A DNA stretch of 64,000 bases, from the sequence record PZ445444.1, one strand, 5' to 3'. Shown here piece after piece: positions 19,299-27,388 of the stretch (the stretch's first letter is position 1; every line of letters begins with the position of its first letter). The notes beneath the pieces were generated by a model. The model searched no databases and was not told the origin of the DNA. It was given only the letters and a program-made list of their open reading frames with translations. The position numbers were made by a program, and so were the translations under genes. The stretch comes from a phage.

Positions 19299-19418
19299 AT
19301 GAGCACTACACGCCAACACACAAAGGTAACGATTATCGTTTGCATCATTGGTTACATCCTGGCGCAAATGTTGATGGGTAGCGCCAATGATTTCGCAAAA
19401 TTTTTCTTAGACTTTTAA
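19299..19418 (+). CDS. hypothetical small hydrophobic peptide (39 aa)
   Basis: ATG preceded by AAGGAGG; product MSTTRQHTKVTIIVCIIGYILAQMLMGSANDFAKFFLDF has a single predicted membrane helix. Confidence 0.4.
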   Translation: MSTTRQHTKVTIIVCIIGYILAQMLMGSANDFAKFFLDF

Positions 19419-19446
19419 TTGACAAGCTAACTTAAATCAGTATAAT
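19419..19446 (+). promoter_or_regulatory. sigma70 consensus promoter
   Basis: TTGACA-N16-TATAAT. Confidence 0.6.
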
Positions 19447-19498
19447 ACTAAGCACATAAACGGGAAAACTTCCCAGAACACCAAAAGGAGAAAACATT

Positions 19499-19849
19499 AT
19501 GAATACTTCCATCACTATGACCGCCGAAGAAAAAGCCCTGCAGATCGCCGCTCTGAAAAAACAGATTGCAGAACTTGAAGACAAGATCGACAATTTTGAA
19601 ATCGACGAAGACAAGTACGACGATAAATATGATGAATGGTTAGACGAGATCTACGGCGAAATCATGATCGGAAACATTTCTTTTCTTCCGTCGCGTATCC
19701 TCAAGGAGCTAGATCCTATCGCTTACCGCTGCGGATTTAGCGACTACATCGACAGCCTGGATATTGAGGACGATGAAGAATACCAGGAATTACAGACAGA
19801 GCTCGAAGAAGTGAAAGAAGAGCTTGCAGAACTGGAAGAAAACGAGTAA
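19499..19849 (+). CDS. hypothetical acidic coiled-coil protein (116 aa)
   Basis: RBS AAGGAGA; heptad-like E/K-rich segments. Confidence 0.6.
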   Translation: MNTSITMTAEEKALQIAALKKQIAELEDKIDNFEIDEDKYDDKYDEWLDEIYGEIMIGNISFLPSRILKELDPIAYRCGFSDYIDSLDIEDDEEYQELQTELEEVKEELAELEENE

Positions 19850-19851
19850 AT

Positions 19852-19898
19852 TTATTTTTAGATGGCCTTGACCCCAGGGCCATCAATAAAGTAAACTT
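19852..19898 (+). promoter_or_regulatory. conserved hairpin element, copy 2
   Basis: tttatttttagatggccttgaccccagggccatcaataaagtaaac. Confidence 0.45.
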
Positions 19899-19938
19899 TA
19901 GACTGTTAACACTTAACCAATACAGAGGAGTTAAAACC

Positions 19939-20184
19939 ATGGCAGCACTAATCACCAAATATTATGCCCCTACCAACACCAAAAGCGCCCGTATCATGGT
20001 AAAAGGCTTCGGACGTAAAAAGGTGTACACCTGGGATTATGCCTTAGACACGGAAGACAACTACACCAACGCAATGACCGATTTTATTAATGAACTAAAT
20101 AAGCAGATCTTGACAAGTTATAAAGTGACCGATATTGCTTATATAGGTGAAGGCGGGATCTGTTTTGTAGGCATTGTGAAATAG
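19939..20184 (+). CDS. hypothetical protein (81 aa)
   Basis: RBS GAGGAG upstream of ATG. Confidence 0.55.
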   Translation: MAALITKYYAPTNTKSARIMVKGFGRKKVYTWDYALDTEDNYTNAMTDFINELNKQILTSYKVTDIAYIGEGGICFVGIVK

Positions 20185-20189
20185 TTATT

Positions 20190-20235
20190 TTTTCGGTGGT
20201 CCTGGTTGCAGGGCCATCTATAAAGATAATTTATT
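20190..20235 (+). promoter_or_regulatory. conserved hairpin element, diverged copy 3
   Basis: ggtggtcctg-gttg-cagggccatc forms a 10-bp stem with wobble pairs, followed by tataaagataat. Confidence 0.4.
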
Positions 20236-20258
20236 AACACCATGAAAGGAGAAAGTAC

Positions 20259-20612
20259 ATGATCAGCGGGGCAAGTTTTATTATTGGCGCTATTGCTACG
20301 GCTTTAATTGTAAATAAGATCCAGGATAAAAAGGAAAGAGGAAGTACCGCCCTTGCAGAATATCCATTTTGGGCATTCAACGATAACGAAGATTATATTA
20401 TAAAGTATAAAAATAAAGAAGGTGACCAAGTAACACCGCGACCGATCCCGGCTTACAAAATGCAGGAAACACTATACCGCCTGGAGGCGGGAGGCGCAAA
20501 AATTGTAGACTTTTGGGGATACGACCACACAGATCAGGAAGTTATAAAGCGCCGTATCCGGGCTATTCAGGCCAATATTGAAGTTAGCAAGGGGGGAATA
20601 TATGAAGATTAA
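20259..20612 (+). CDS. hypothetical protein with N-terminal membrane helix (117 aa)
   Basis: RBS AAGGAGA; N-terminus ISGASFIIGAIATALIV. Confidence 0.55.
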   Translation: MISGASFIIGAIATALIVNKIQDKKERGSTALAEYPFWAFNDNEDYIIKYKNKEGDQVTPRPIPAYKMQETLYRLEAGGAKIVDFWGYDHTDQEVIKRRIRAIQANIEVSKGGIYED

Positions 20613-20799
20613 TTTTGAGAAGATTGTAAAGCGATCTCATGATTCCGAAGAGCTGCCGGAACGACGCCAGCGTAACAATAAACTGAATAAGCCAAAAAGA
20701 TTTGGAAAGATCTGGCGAAATCATTATGATCGTAAATTGCCTGGCCTACTTTTGGAACGTGAACGACAGGCAGAACGATACCGCCATAAAGACAAATAA
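20602..20799 (+). CDS. hypothetical basic protein (65 aa)
   Basis: ATG at 20602 after AAGGGGGGA; overlaps the upstream gene end. Confidence 0.5.
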   Translation: MKINFEKIVKRSHDSEELPERRQRNNKLNKPKRFGKIWRNHYDRKLPGLLLERERQAERYRHKDK

Positions 20800-20807
20800 C
20801 AACCAAC

Positions 20808-20834
20808 GCCCCGCCATTGTGCGGGGCTTTTTAT
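20808..20834 (+). terminator. intrinsic terminator
   Basis: gccccgc-cattgt-gcggggc followed by tttttattt. Confidence 0.7.
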
Positions 20835-20980
20835 TTCTATCCTACAAATAGCGCCCCTGGTTGGCCCTGTAAGCGCCAAAAAGGCCCCACCTATGCAATC
20901 GCCCCCCTTTAACCTGAAAACATCGCTTAGGGCCGTTTTATGGCGTTAAAAATATCATTGACAGTGATTTTATTTAAAGC

Positions 20981-21008
20981 TTGACATCTTAAACAGGTTA
21001 GCTATACT
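20981..21008 (+). promoter_or_regulatory. sigma70-like promoter (second of tandem TTGACA boxes)
   Basis: TTGACA-N16-TATACT; another TTGACA lies about 25 nt upstream. Confidence 0.6.
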
Positions 21009-21040
21009 AACCACATCAAAGAGAGAAAGGAGTAAACGCC

Positions 21041-21301
21041 ATGCGTAAATTAAAAAATTTTGATAAAGTTGATGTTGTCCTGAATAATTTTTACTACTGC
21101 AACAACAAGGCCATTTGGTGGCGTGATAGTTCCACCGATAAAGTTAAAGCTCGCTTTCTCCAAGGGCACTGGCAAGGCCGTCCAGTGATTAAAATACTGG
21201 GGCAACTGGTAGCGTTTAAAAATTGCCGCCGTGTTGATGACGTTGAAGAGATCTTGAACATTTTACGCCACAATAATTTAAAAAATAGTGTTGACAAGTA
21301 A
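21041..21301 (+). CDS. hypothetical protein (86 aa)
   Basis: RBS AAAGGAG upstream of ATG. Confidence 0.55.
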   Translation: MRKLKNFDKVDVVLNNFYYCNNKAIWWRDSSTDKVKARFLQGHWQGRPVIKILGQLVAFKNCRRVDDVEEILNILRHNNLKNSVDK

Positions 21302-21318
21302 ATCTCGATAAGTATACT
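21291..21318 (+). promoter_or_regulatory. sigma70-like promoter with GC-hairpin leader
   Basis: TTGACA-N16-TATACT, then ggcgggaa-aac-ttcccgcc hairpin. Confidence 0.6.
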
Positions 21319-21375
21319 TAAACACACAGGCGGGAAAACTTCCCGCCACTAACAAAGAAAATAGGAGAAAATATC

Positions 21376-21999
21376 ATGACCACCGTTAACATTACCACAG
21401 GTTACAATTTATCTTTCGACGTGCTGACCGACGAACAAAAAGAAAAAGCTATTGAAATGGTCCGCGAAAGAGAAGAACACAGCGGGGATAATTTTTTTGC
21501 AGAAAGTGTAATTGAACACTATAAAGAATATGTCTTTCCAGAGTACGGCCTTGAAGATACCGAAGTACGTTGGTCCGGCTTTTGGTGTCAAGGCGATGGC
21601 GCGTCAATCAGTGCTGAAAACGTGGATTTAGAAAAATTCTTGCGTAAAGTAAAGGCCCTGACCAAGTTCCGATCAATTCGTCACTTGTTCGGCACAATGC
21701 ACGATGGCGAGTTATCAGCCAGTGTTGAACGTATCCCGTTTAGCCATTATCATCACGAAAACACAATAGGAGGGTGCATCGATACTAATTGGCTAGACCT
21801 GACCACCAAGCAAGAGGACAAAGTTGAAGAGCTGGAAGAGCTGATCACCGAGACGGTACGGGAGCTATCCCGCAAGGTTTACGTAGACCTGGAGGAGGCC
21901 TATCTTGAACAGTTTACTACCGAAAACCTGATCGGCCTTATTGAAGCCAATGATTGGCGGTTTGATGTGGATGAATATGGGGAGATGAGTTTTTCATAA
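21376..21999 (+). CDS. hypothetical acidic protein (207 aa)
   Basis: RBS AGGAGA; no confident motif. Confidence 0.6.
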   Translation: MTTVNITTGYNLSFDVLTDEQKEKAIEMVREREEHSGDNFFAESVIEHYKEYVFPEYGLEDTEVRWSGFWCQGDGASISAENVDLEKFLRKVKALTKFRSIRHLFGTMHDGELSASVERIPFSHYHHENTIGGCIDTNWLDLTTKQEDKVEELEELITETVRELSRKVYVDLEEAYLEQFTTENLIGLIEANDWRFDVDEYGEMSFS

Positions 22000-22007
22000 A
22001 TAAAGTG

Positions 22008-22035
22008 TTGCAATAATCTAAAAACCTGCTATATT
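22008..22035 (+). promoter_or_regulatory. sigma70-like promoter
   Basis: TTGCAA-N16-TATATT, followed by ggggc...gcccc leader hairpin. Confidence 0.5.
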
Positions 22036-22088
22036 AAAAACTCAAGGGGCGAGATGACTTGCCCCCACAAAACAAAGAGGAAAACATC

Positions 22089-22469
22089 ATGAAAAACACT
22101 ACTAAAGCTATTGACACCGTTATGTTTAACCTGGTTACATTCCGTGAAGATATGAAAGATCTTCCACGTGAAACAGTGTGCGACCATATCGAAAACTATC
22201 GCAAACTAATCAAAGAGTTGCCTTTAAAACGTGACCAGTACGCGGCTAACGCTATGCTTAACGCCATGATCAAAAAGATGATCCAGTGTGATTTAACTCT
22301 GGCCTATGATTATGCAGGCGGTCGTTTTGCAGTATACAATCAGCCCGTGCCCGGTATGAGCACCACCGAAGAATTGCACGCGTTAAATCTGAAACAAGAT
22401 GTATGGGATAACATGCCCCGCGTGGTGGTGTGGGCAGAAAGCGGAAAGATTTACGGCGATAATTTTTAA
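22089..22469 (+). CDS. hypothetical protein (126 aa)
   Basis: ATG at 22089 after AAAGAGGAAAA. Confidence 0.55.
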   Translation: MKNTTKAIDTVMFNLVTFREDMKDLPRETVCDHIENYRKLIKELPLKRDQYAANAMLNAMIKKMIQCDLTLAYDYAGGRFAVYNQPVPGMSTTEELHALNLKQDVWDNMPRVVVWAESGKIYGDNF

Positions 22470-22533
22470 TCAGGTAACAGGCGGCATATTTGCCGCCTTA
22501 TTGTTAAACAGAACTGCAAAAGAGGTACATAGA

Positions 22534-22905
22534 ATGGAATTTATTATTTTGGCTGTAGTAGTTGCCTTGTTCAACGCCTGGATCGCTGGCAAGATGGGTA
22601 GATCCGCTTTTTTATGGTTTATTATATCTATTTTCCTGGGGGTGGTTGCAACTATTGTACTTGTTATCCTTGCAATTGTTGACAAGGGGAATAATAGAAA
22701 GGGTAAAGTATTTTCAGACCTGTACGACGCTCAAACATTTGTCAACGCCTACTACAGCGATCTTCCAGTCTCCCTACGTTGCAGCCTTGCACAACAGGTT
22801 TTCGATGAAGCTAAAACCAGAGATCACGCCCATGAGATTTGTTTAACTGAGGCGGATCGCCTATTTGAGAGGAATAGAAAATATGTGGACCAGCCGTTTA
22901 AATAA
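22534..22905 (+). CDS. hypothetical membrane protein (123 aa, two predicted helices)
   Basis: ATG at 22534 after AAGAGG; hydrophobic stretches FIILAVVVALFNAWIA and FLWFIISIFLGVVATIVLVILAIV. Confidence 0.55.
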   Translation: MEFIILAVVVALFNAWIAGKMGRSAFLWFIISIFLGVVATIVLVILAIVDKGNNRKGKVFSDLYDAQTFVNAYYSDLPVSLRCSLAQQVFDEAKTRDHAHEICLTEADRLFERNRKYVDQPFK

Positions 22906-23124
22906 TGCCACGTTAATTAACCCCTTTAGTGAAGATTTGAAGCCAGCCGCCTGGCGGGATGGATTCAATAACGAAAGCTTTATTTTCAGGCCTGATCTTA
23001 AGGAATTTTATAACAATGGATCGAACAACGACAGAGATAATTTTTCTTGTAATGTGCGTGGTGATAATACTCCTGGGGGCCATTGCAAACCACGTCACTG
23101 CTAACAGGAGGAAAGGGGGAGACG

Positions 23125-23244
23125 ATGACACCTAAGGATAAGCCCCGCACCGATAAGGCGCGCCGTGTTATGGTATGGCTTGAGATCATCGCCCTTGAAA
23201 TATTGTTAGGCGTAGGGATGTATTTTATCGCTGTAAGTAATTGA
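23125..23244 (+). CDS. hypothetical small membrane peptide (39 aa)
   Basis: ATG preceded by AGGAGGAAAGGGGGAG; hydrophobic C-terminal half. Confidence 0.35.
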   Translation: MTPKDKPRTDKARRVMVWLEIIALEILLGVGMYFIAVSN

Positions 23245-23296
23245 TAACGGCCCCGATCCCTGGGGCCTAACTTTTCAAATTTTTTTCTCCCTGAGT

Positions 23297-23325
23297 GTTG
23301 CAATCCGATCCAGAATATGGATAAT
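23297..23325 (+). promoter_or_regulatory. sigma70-like promoter
   Basis: TTGCAA-N17-ATAATA. Confidence 0.4.
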
Positions 23326-23384
23326 AACAATCAACGGGGAGACACTCCCCACCGCATAGACAAAGTTCCAAAAGGAGAAACAAA

Positions 23385-23586
23385 ATGAGCAACAATATCC
23401 GCGTTATTAACTTCAAAAAAGAAGAAAAAAATTGCCGTGCTGATTGACGGTCAAGAAATCTTTAAAGGTGATTATGAAGATCATCAAACGGCGATTAGTA
23501 TCACTCGCGTGATTGGTTACCATAATTTTTACCCTCAAGGCGCTGAGGCAGCAGTAAAACGAATTAAAGAGATTGTAGGCCTGTAA
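23385..23586 (+). pseudogene. small gene interrupted by a +1 frame change at an A7 run
   Basis: ATG 23385 after AAAGGAGAAA; frame stops at 23447 just after the A7 run at 23425-23431; a downstream frame runs uninterrupted to 23586. Removing one A gives a continuous 66-aa ORF. Confidence 0.45.
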
Positions 23587-23588
23587 AA

Positions 23589-23636
23589 TTTATTTTTAGA
23601 TGGCCTTGACTCCAGGGCCATCAATAAAGTAAATTT
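23589..23636 (+). promoter_or_regulatory. conserved hairpin element, copy 4
   Basis: tatttttagatggccttgactccagggccatcaataaagtaaat. Confidence 0.45.
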
Positions 23637-23677
23637 AAACCCTGTTAAAATAATCAGTGCAAAAAGGAGTAATGATC

Positions 23678-23977
23678 ATGTTTATCCAGGCTAATAATCT
23701 TTATTTCTTTGATGGTCAGATCGTAGACGGCGTGGAGGTGGAAATCACCGGGTGCCCTGGCGGTCAGGTTATGACTTTTCGGAATAATGCCTTTGATGAT
23801 TCTCATATCGTTATGAGAATGGAAGTTAGTAAGCTGGATGACAAGAAAACACTCATTGATTATTCCGTGAAAGATCATCCAGACTACCACATGATCTATG
23901 GTGATTTGTGCATTGTTGACCGTGACAAGGTGGGCGGCATTGTGATCGCTATTGTGAACGATGTTTTCTCAAACTAA
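23678..23977 (+). CDS. hypothetical protein (99 aa)
   Basis: ATG at 23678, 8 nt after AAGGAG. Confidence 0.55.
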   Translation: MFIQANNLYFFDGQIVDGVEVEITGCPGGQVMTFRNNAFDDSHIVMRMEVSKLDDKKTLIDYSVKDHPDYHMIYGDLCIVDRDKVGGIVIAIVNDVFSN

Positions 23978-23994
23978 TTTCAGCAGGTGATTTT

Positions 23995-24345
23995 ATGAAA
24001 GTAAAACTATATTACCTTAATGAGCTTAACCCCCTTGCCCAGGTCCGCGCCCTGGCTAATACCTTGATTTGTGAGAAATCTGTATATTGTGTTGAGCTTA
24101 ACTCCATGCGTGAACGTCTCAAAGGTGGTTACTTTGACATCCATGCTGCAATCAACGGCCTGAATATGGAATTTATCCGCTTACGTAACAGCCGCCAGAA
24201 TCTGGCAAGAATGGAACAAGATCCGGCCCACCTTCGTAAGCTGGTTATTGAAAATCATCTAATGTTTAATGCCGATGGTGATTATTACCATTTTCACCGT
24301 AAACGCTGGTACCGTAGCGGCAATATAGGAAAGAATGCAAAATAA
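23995..24345 (+). CDS. hypothetical protein (116 aa)
   Basis: ATG start; no recognisable motif. Confidence 0.55.
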   Translation: MKVKLYYLNELNPLAQVRALANTLICEKSVYCVELNSMRERLKGGYFDIHAAINGLNMEFIRLRNSRQNLARMEQDPAHLRKLVIENHLMFNADGDYYHFHRKRWYRSGNIGKNAK

Positions 24346-24382
24346 GGCCCCTGGCAGGGCCTGCAGCGATATAATCACATAA

Positions 24383-24414
24383 AGGCTATGCGGTTGCATA
24401 GCCTTTATTATTTT
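24383..24414 (+). terminator. intrinsic terminator
   Basis: aggctatgc-ggtt-gcatagcct followed by ttattatttt. Confidence 0.6.
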
Positions 24415-24463
24415 GGCGTTACAGCGGCCCCCAAGGCGCTTAAAAAAATTTTTAAAGAAGTAC

Positions 24464-24492
24464 TTGCATCAAGTCCTACAATATGGATAATA
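24464..24492 (+). promoter_or_regulatory. sigma70-like promoter (weak)
   Basis: TTGCAT-N17-ATAATA. Confidence 0.4.
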
Positions 24493-24550
24493 AAGGGTGT
24501 CGGGGGGGTGAGGCCTCCAATCATTAACCGGATAGATAGGAGTTAAAACC

Positions 24551-24835
24551 ATGGCTATTGTTACCGTTGGCGATGTAGTAGAAATGGAAGCCAAATACTT
24601 AAAAGCTGGTATGCATATCATACGGAATGATCAAGAATTGTTATTAACCATGGTTGAATATAATCCCGGTCAGGATTATCCAAGCACTGACTACTTTTTC
24701 CAGTATGTTGATGAAGAATTAAAAGAGGATGAGGCTTATCAGGGTGAATTTTGTAATTTCTTTTGCCCTGATGAGGTTGTAAAAGTTATCTATCAACCTG
24801 GCGTACCTTTCCCGCTGCACGCTATCAACAAATAA
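24551..24835 (+). CDS. hypothetical protein (94 aa)
   Basis: RBS TAGGAG upstream of ATG. Confidence 0.55.
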   Translation: MAIVTVGDVVEMEAKYLKAGMHIIRNDQELLLTMVEYNPGQDYPSTDYFFQYVDEELKEDEAYQGEFCNFFCPDEVVKVIYQPGVPFPLHAINK

Positions 24836-24890
24836 ACCTGGCGGGGCCGAAAAGGCCCCCAATTATGAAAATAAAGAGAGGCAAATCATC

Positions 24891-25124
24891 ATGATGGAAC
24901 AAATTAAACGCGCCGAGGCTATTAATGGCAACGTGATCTATTTTGTCAGCAAAAACGAAAAAGGCGTACCCTATGCGGCGGTAATAGTACAGCCTGACGG
25001 CGATTATTGGTGTACTGTGTACGGCGCTTATTCTTTTGGGCGTCCAGTGCATGATAAAATTTTGAAAGTAGCGAACCCTACCGGGAAAAATATCACAGCA
25101 GAAAAATTTTTTGAAAATAGTTGA
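24891..25124 (+). CDS. hypothetical protein (77 aa)
   Basis: RBS AAAGAGAGG upstream of ATG. Confidence 0.5.
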   Translation: MMEQIKRAEAINGNVIYFVSKNEKGVPYAAVIVQPDGDYWCTVYGAYSFGRPVHDKILKVANPTGKNITAEKFFENS

Positions 25125-25149
25125 CATGACCATATAAGACTGTAGTATA
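25121..25149 (+). promoter_or_regulatory. sigma70-like promoter with GC-hairpin leader
   Basis: TTGACA-N16/17-TAGTAT, then ggggc-aa-gcccc hairpin. Confidence 0.5.
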
Positions 25150-25195
25150 TAAATCAAAGGGGCAAGCCCCACCAACCACAAAGAGGATAAAAATC

Positions 25196-25375
25196 ATGGC
25201 TATTATTGCAAAGACTGAGATCGTAGGCTTGGATTCTATTCTCCTCGCATATGAGGAAGCTATAGAAATGTATGTGGTTTCCTATGGTGAGTATATCCGT
25301 GAATATAAATCTATTGATCTGGCTTTTGAATGTTATATTCGCCAGGTTAATAAAGCGTACGATGATTATCGTTAA
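25196..25375 (+). CDS. hypothetical small protein (59 aa)
   Basis: ATG after AAAGAGGATAAAAA; below the ORF-track cutoff. Confidence 0.45.
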   Translation: MAIIAKTEIVGLDSILLAYEEAIEMYVVSYGEYIREYKSIDLAFECYIRQVNKAYDDYR

Positions 25376-25465
25376 AATAGTTTGAAAACAAACAACCATC
25401 TTACAAAGCATAATACATAAGGCGGTGGAATGGTCCGCCACCTGGAACAAGAAGAGGAAAACAAA

Positions 25466-25570
25466 ATGAAACAGAAATTAATTGATGCGGTGATCCTGGT
25501 TATTGCCCTGGGTATTGGCCTGATTGCAACCATGGCTAATGTGATCTTGTCTTCCAACGGTATCGGGTGA
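25466..25570 (+). CDS. hypothetical small membrane peptide (34 aa)
   Basis: ATG after AGAAGAGGAAAA; product MKQKLIDAVILVIALGIGLIATMANVILSSNGIG. Confidence 0.35.
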   Translation: MKQKLIDAVILVIALGIGLIATMANVILSSNGIG

Positions 25571-25579
25571 GGTTGGCAA

Positions 25580-25795
25580 ATGATCACTAACAAAACAGGC
25601 AAAACGGAATTTTTACGCAACTTACAGATCGGCAAGCCTGAGATCTGGTATTGCACTAAAACACCACGTGACGAAATGAAAGACTTCACCGCCACGCTGC
25701 AACGGGTAAAGATATCCATCACGCAGAAAAAGGCCTTGATAGTGGTGGAAGGTGAGATCCCTCAAACCGTTGTTATAGTTGAGCGTACAGCATAG
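25580..25795 (+). CDS. hypothetical protein (71 aa)
   Basis: ATG start closely following the small peptide ORF. Confidence 0.5.
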   Translation: MITNKTGKTEFLRNLQIGKPEIWYCTKTPRDEMKDFTATLQRVKISITQKKALIVVEGEIPQTVVIVERTA

Positions 25796-25886
25796 TTTAA
25801 TTTATACCGATACCCGAAAATTAACCAACAAAGCATAAACAGGCGGTTACCGCCGCCTTAAACGTAGCAGAAAGAGGATAGACACA

Positions 25887-26171
25887 ATGAAAAAGATGAT
25901 CGCAGTGGTTGCCCTGGTTGTTGGACTTAATGCGCCTGTAATGGCTAAAGAGCTGGCAAAAGAGGTTAATCTAACGGATATTCATGCCGTCAATCGAATC
26001 GGGGTTACTTATCGCTTATGCCTTGCCGCTAAAACTTTTAAGGACGGCACGACAGAGTACTACGGATTCGAAGGTGTCCGGTGCGGTGAACTTGCTCGCG
26101 ACCTTAAGGAAGATCCAGACCTGGAGGATCTGCCCATCACCGTAAACGGGAAAACTTACGTAAACCGTTAA
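25887..26171 (+). CDS. hypothetical secreted protein (94 aa)
   Basis: RBS AAAGAGGA; N-terminal signal-peptide-like MKKMIAVVALVVGLNAPVMA. Confidence 0.55.
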   Translation: MKKMIAVVALVVGLNAPVMAKELAKEVNLTDIHAVNRIGVTYRLCLAAKTFKDGTTEYYGFEGVRCGELARDLKEDPDLEDLPITVNGKTYVNR

Positions 26172-26173
26172 CC

Positions 26174-26308
26174 ATGATAAAGATAATCATCACCTTGGGG
26201 ATTGTGGCGGGATCGCTGGCGCTCTTTCTCCTTATGGTTAGGTATGTGCTGATCGGTATTGTCCTGGTAGTCAGTGATCTATTGGAAACGGTTGGCACCT
26301 TGTTTTAA
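26174..26308 (+). CDS. hypothetical small membrane peptide (44 aa)
   Basis: ATG 2 nt after the upstream stop; product almost entirely hydrophobic. Confidence 0.35.
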   Translation: MIKIIITLGIVAGSLALFLLMVRYVLIGIVLVVSDLLETVGTLF

Positions 26309-26320
26309 AGAGCGGTAAAA

Positions 26321-26512
26321 ATGAATATCGAACAAGTTAGAAAGGTATTGGCGGTACTGCGTTATCATAATCATAGAAAGGTCATAGACGATCCTGATTA
26401 TGTCGATTCAAGCCTGGAAGGGGATACACTACAAGCCATAAGTAACATGCAAGAATTGCTAAAGCGCATGACAGAGAAAAACCGACCGGACTACATAGGC
26501 GAAAAAATATAA
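26321..26512 (+). CDS. hypothetical protein (63 aa)
   Basis: ATG start; followed by a terminator. Confidence 0.5.
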   Translation: MNIEQVRKVLAVLRYHNHRKVIDDPDYVDSSLEGDTLQAISNMQELLKRMTEKNRPDYIGEKI

Positions 26513-26526
26513 TCCTTATAAACTAC

Positions 26527-26556
26527 AAAACAGGGCTTGCAATGGTCCTGTTTTTT
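26527..26556 (+). terminator. intrinsic terminator (imperfect stem)
   Basis: aaaacagggc ... ggtcctgtttt followed by a T-run. Confidence 0.45.
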
Positions 26557-26571
26557 GTTATACTTGTTTCA

Positions 26572-26622
26572 CGGCAGGCACCTGGTGACGGGGGGAGACA
26601 ATCACCGGGTGTGCCTGCTATA
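26572..26622 (-). repeat. structured hairpin repeat element, copy 3 (inverted relative to copies at 17.4-17.6 kb)
   Basis: Reverse complement reads ccggtgattgtctccccccgtcaccaggtgcctgccgt, near-identical to the 17531-17620 copy. Confidence 0.5.
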
Positions 26623-26640
26623 TAAAAACTATAAAAACCG

Positions 26641-26669
26641 TTGACATCTGCCAGGTGGTGGGGTAGCAT
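26641..26669 (+). promoter_or_regulatory. sigma70-like promoter
   Basis: TTGACA-N17-TAGCAT. Confidence 0.5.
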
Positions 26670-26724
26670 TTATCTCGAAGGGGGCAAAAGCGCCCACACA
26701 ACAACCGGAAGAGAGGAAAACGCC

Positions 26725-26997
26725 ATGTTAAGCTGGATTAACCAAGAAGTTGAATCACGTTTCAATGCTATTTGGGATCTCATCGAAAAAGAGGACGGAA
26801 CATCAAGCCCTTATCTCAATAATCTTGAATTCCATTTCGTGGAAGCGATGAACGCAGAACATGATCACGAAGGTGGTGCGGATGAATTCGCTAAAGGATA
26901 TGGCTTCAACAATGCCAACGAAATGATCGAGGCGGTTGTACTCCAGGCTGAGGAAGATTATCAATTAAAAACGCTTGAATTCTGCCGCCGTAAGTAA
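26725..26997 (+). CDS. hypothetical acidic protein (90 aa)
   Basis: ATG at 26725 after GAAGAGAGGAAAA. Confidence 0.55.
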   Translation: MLSWINQEVESRFNAIWDLIEKEDGTSSPYLNNLEFHFVEAMNAEHDHEGGADEFAKGYGFNNANEMIEAVVLQAEEDYQLKTLEFCRRK

Positions 26998-27059
26998 TAA
27001 GATAATGACACAGGCCAAAAGGCCCACTAAACAAAAACCACATAAAGAGGAAAAACATC

Positions 27060-27323
27060 ATGAAACGCCTTGATCAGCTCAAATTAGTTCAATATATGGC
27101 TTATCGTGTTCTTGAAGTCCAGAAAGGTAGCAAAAAAGAGGTTTGCGAGAAAGCTTATAAGATCTTCACTCGCAAAAAAGATGATTGGATGTTACGCCAG
27201 ACCAAAAAAGCCGATATCTTGGGGTACCTGGAAGAAGAGATCCGGCTTGAAGAGCAAGAAGAGATCCGCCGCAGTGAGGCAGATTATCAGGCAGCTTGGG
27301 AAAACTGGATGAATAACAAATAA
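27060..27323 (+). CDS. hypothetical protein (87 aa)
   Basis: RBS AAAGAGGAAAAA upstream of ATG. Confidence 0.55.
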   Translation: MKRLDQLKLVQYMAYRVLEVQKGSKKEVCEKAYKIFTRKKDDWMLRQTKKADILGYLEEEIRLEEQEEIRRSEADYQAAWENWMNNK

Positions 27324-27388
27324 TACAACAAGTTACATGGTCAGGGGCAATAAAGCCCCTTGATCACATAAAAATTATGCCATCCTTG

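Noticed and set aside
19221-23636. Possible CRISPR array formed by the repeated ggccttgac...cagggccatc hairpins
   Set aside because: Only four copies, irregularly spaced (630 bp, 340 bp, 3.4 kb), each in an intergenic position between protein-coding genes, with no cas genes; they behave as regulatory hairpins rather than CRISPR repeats.
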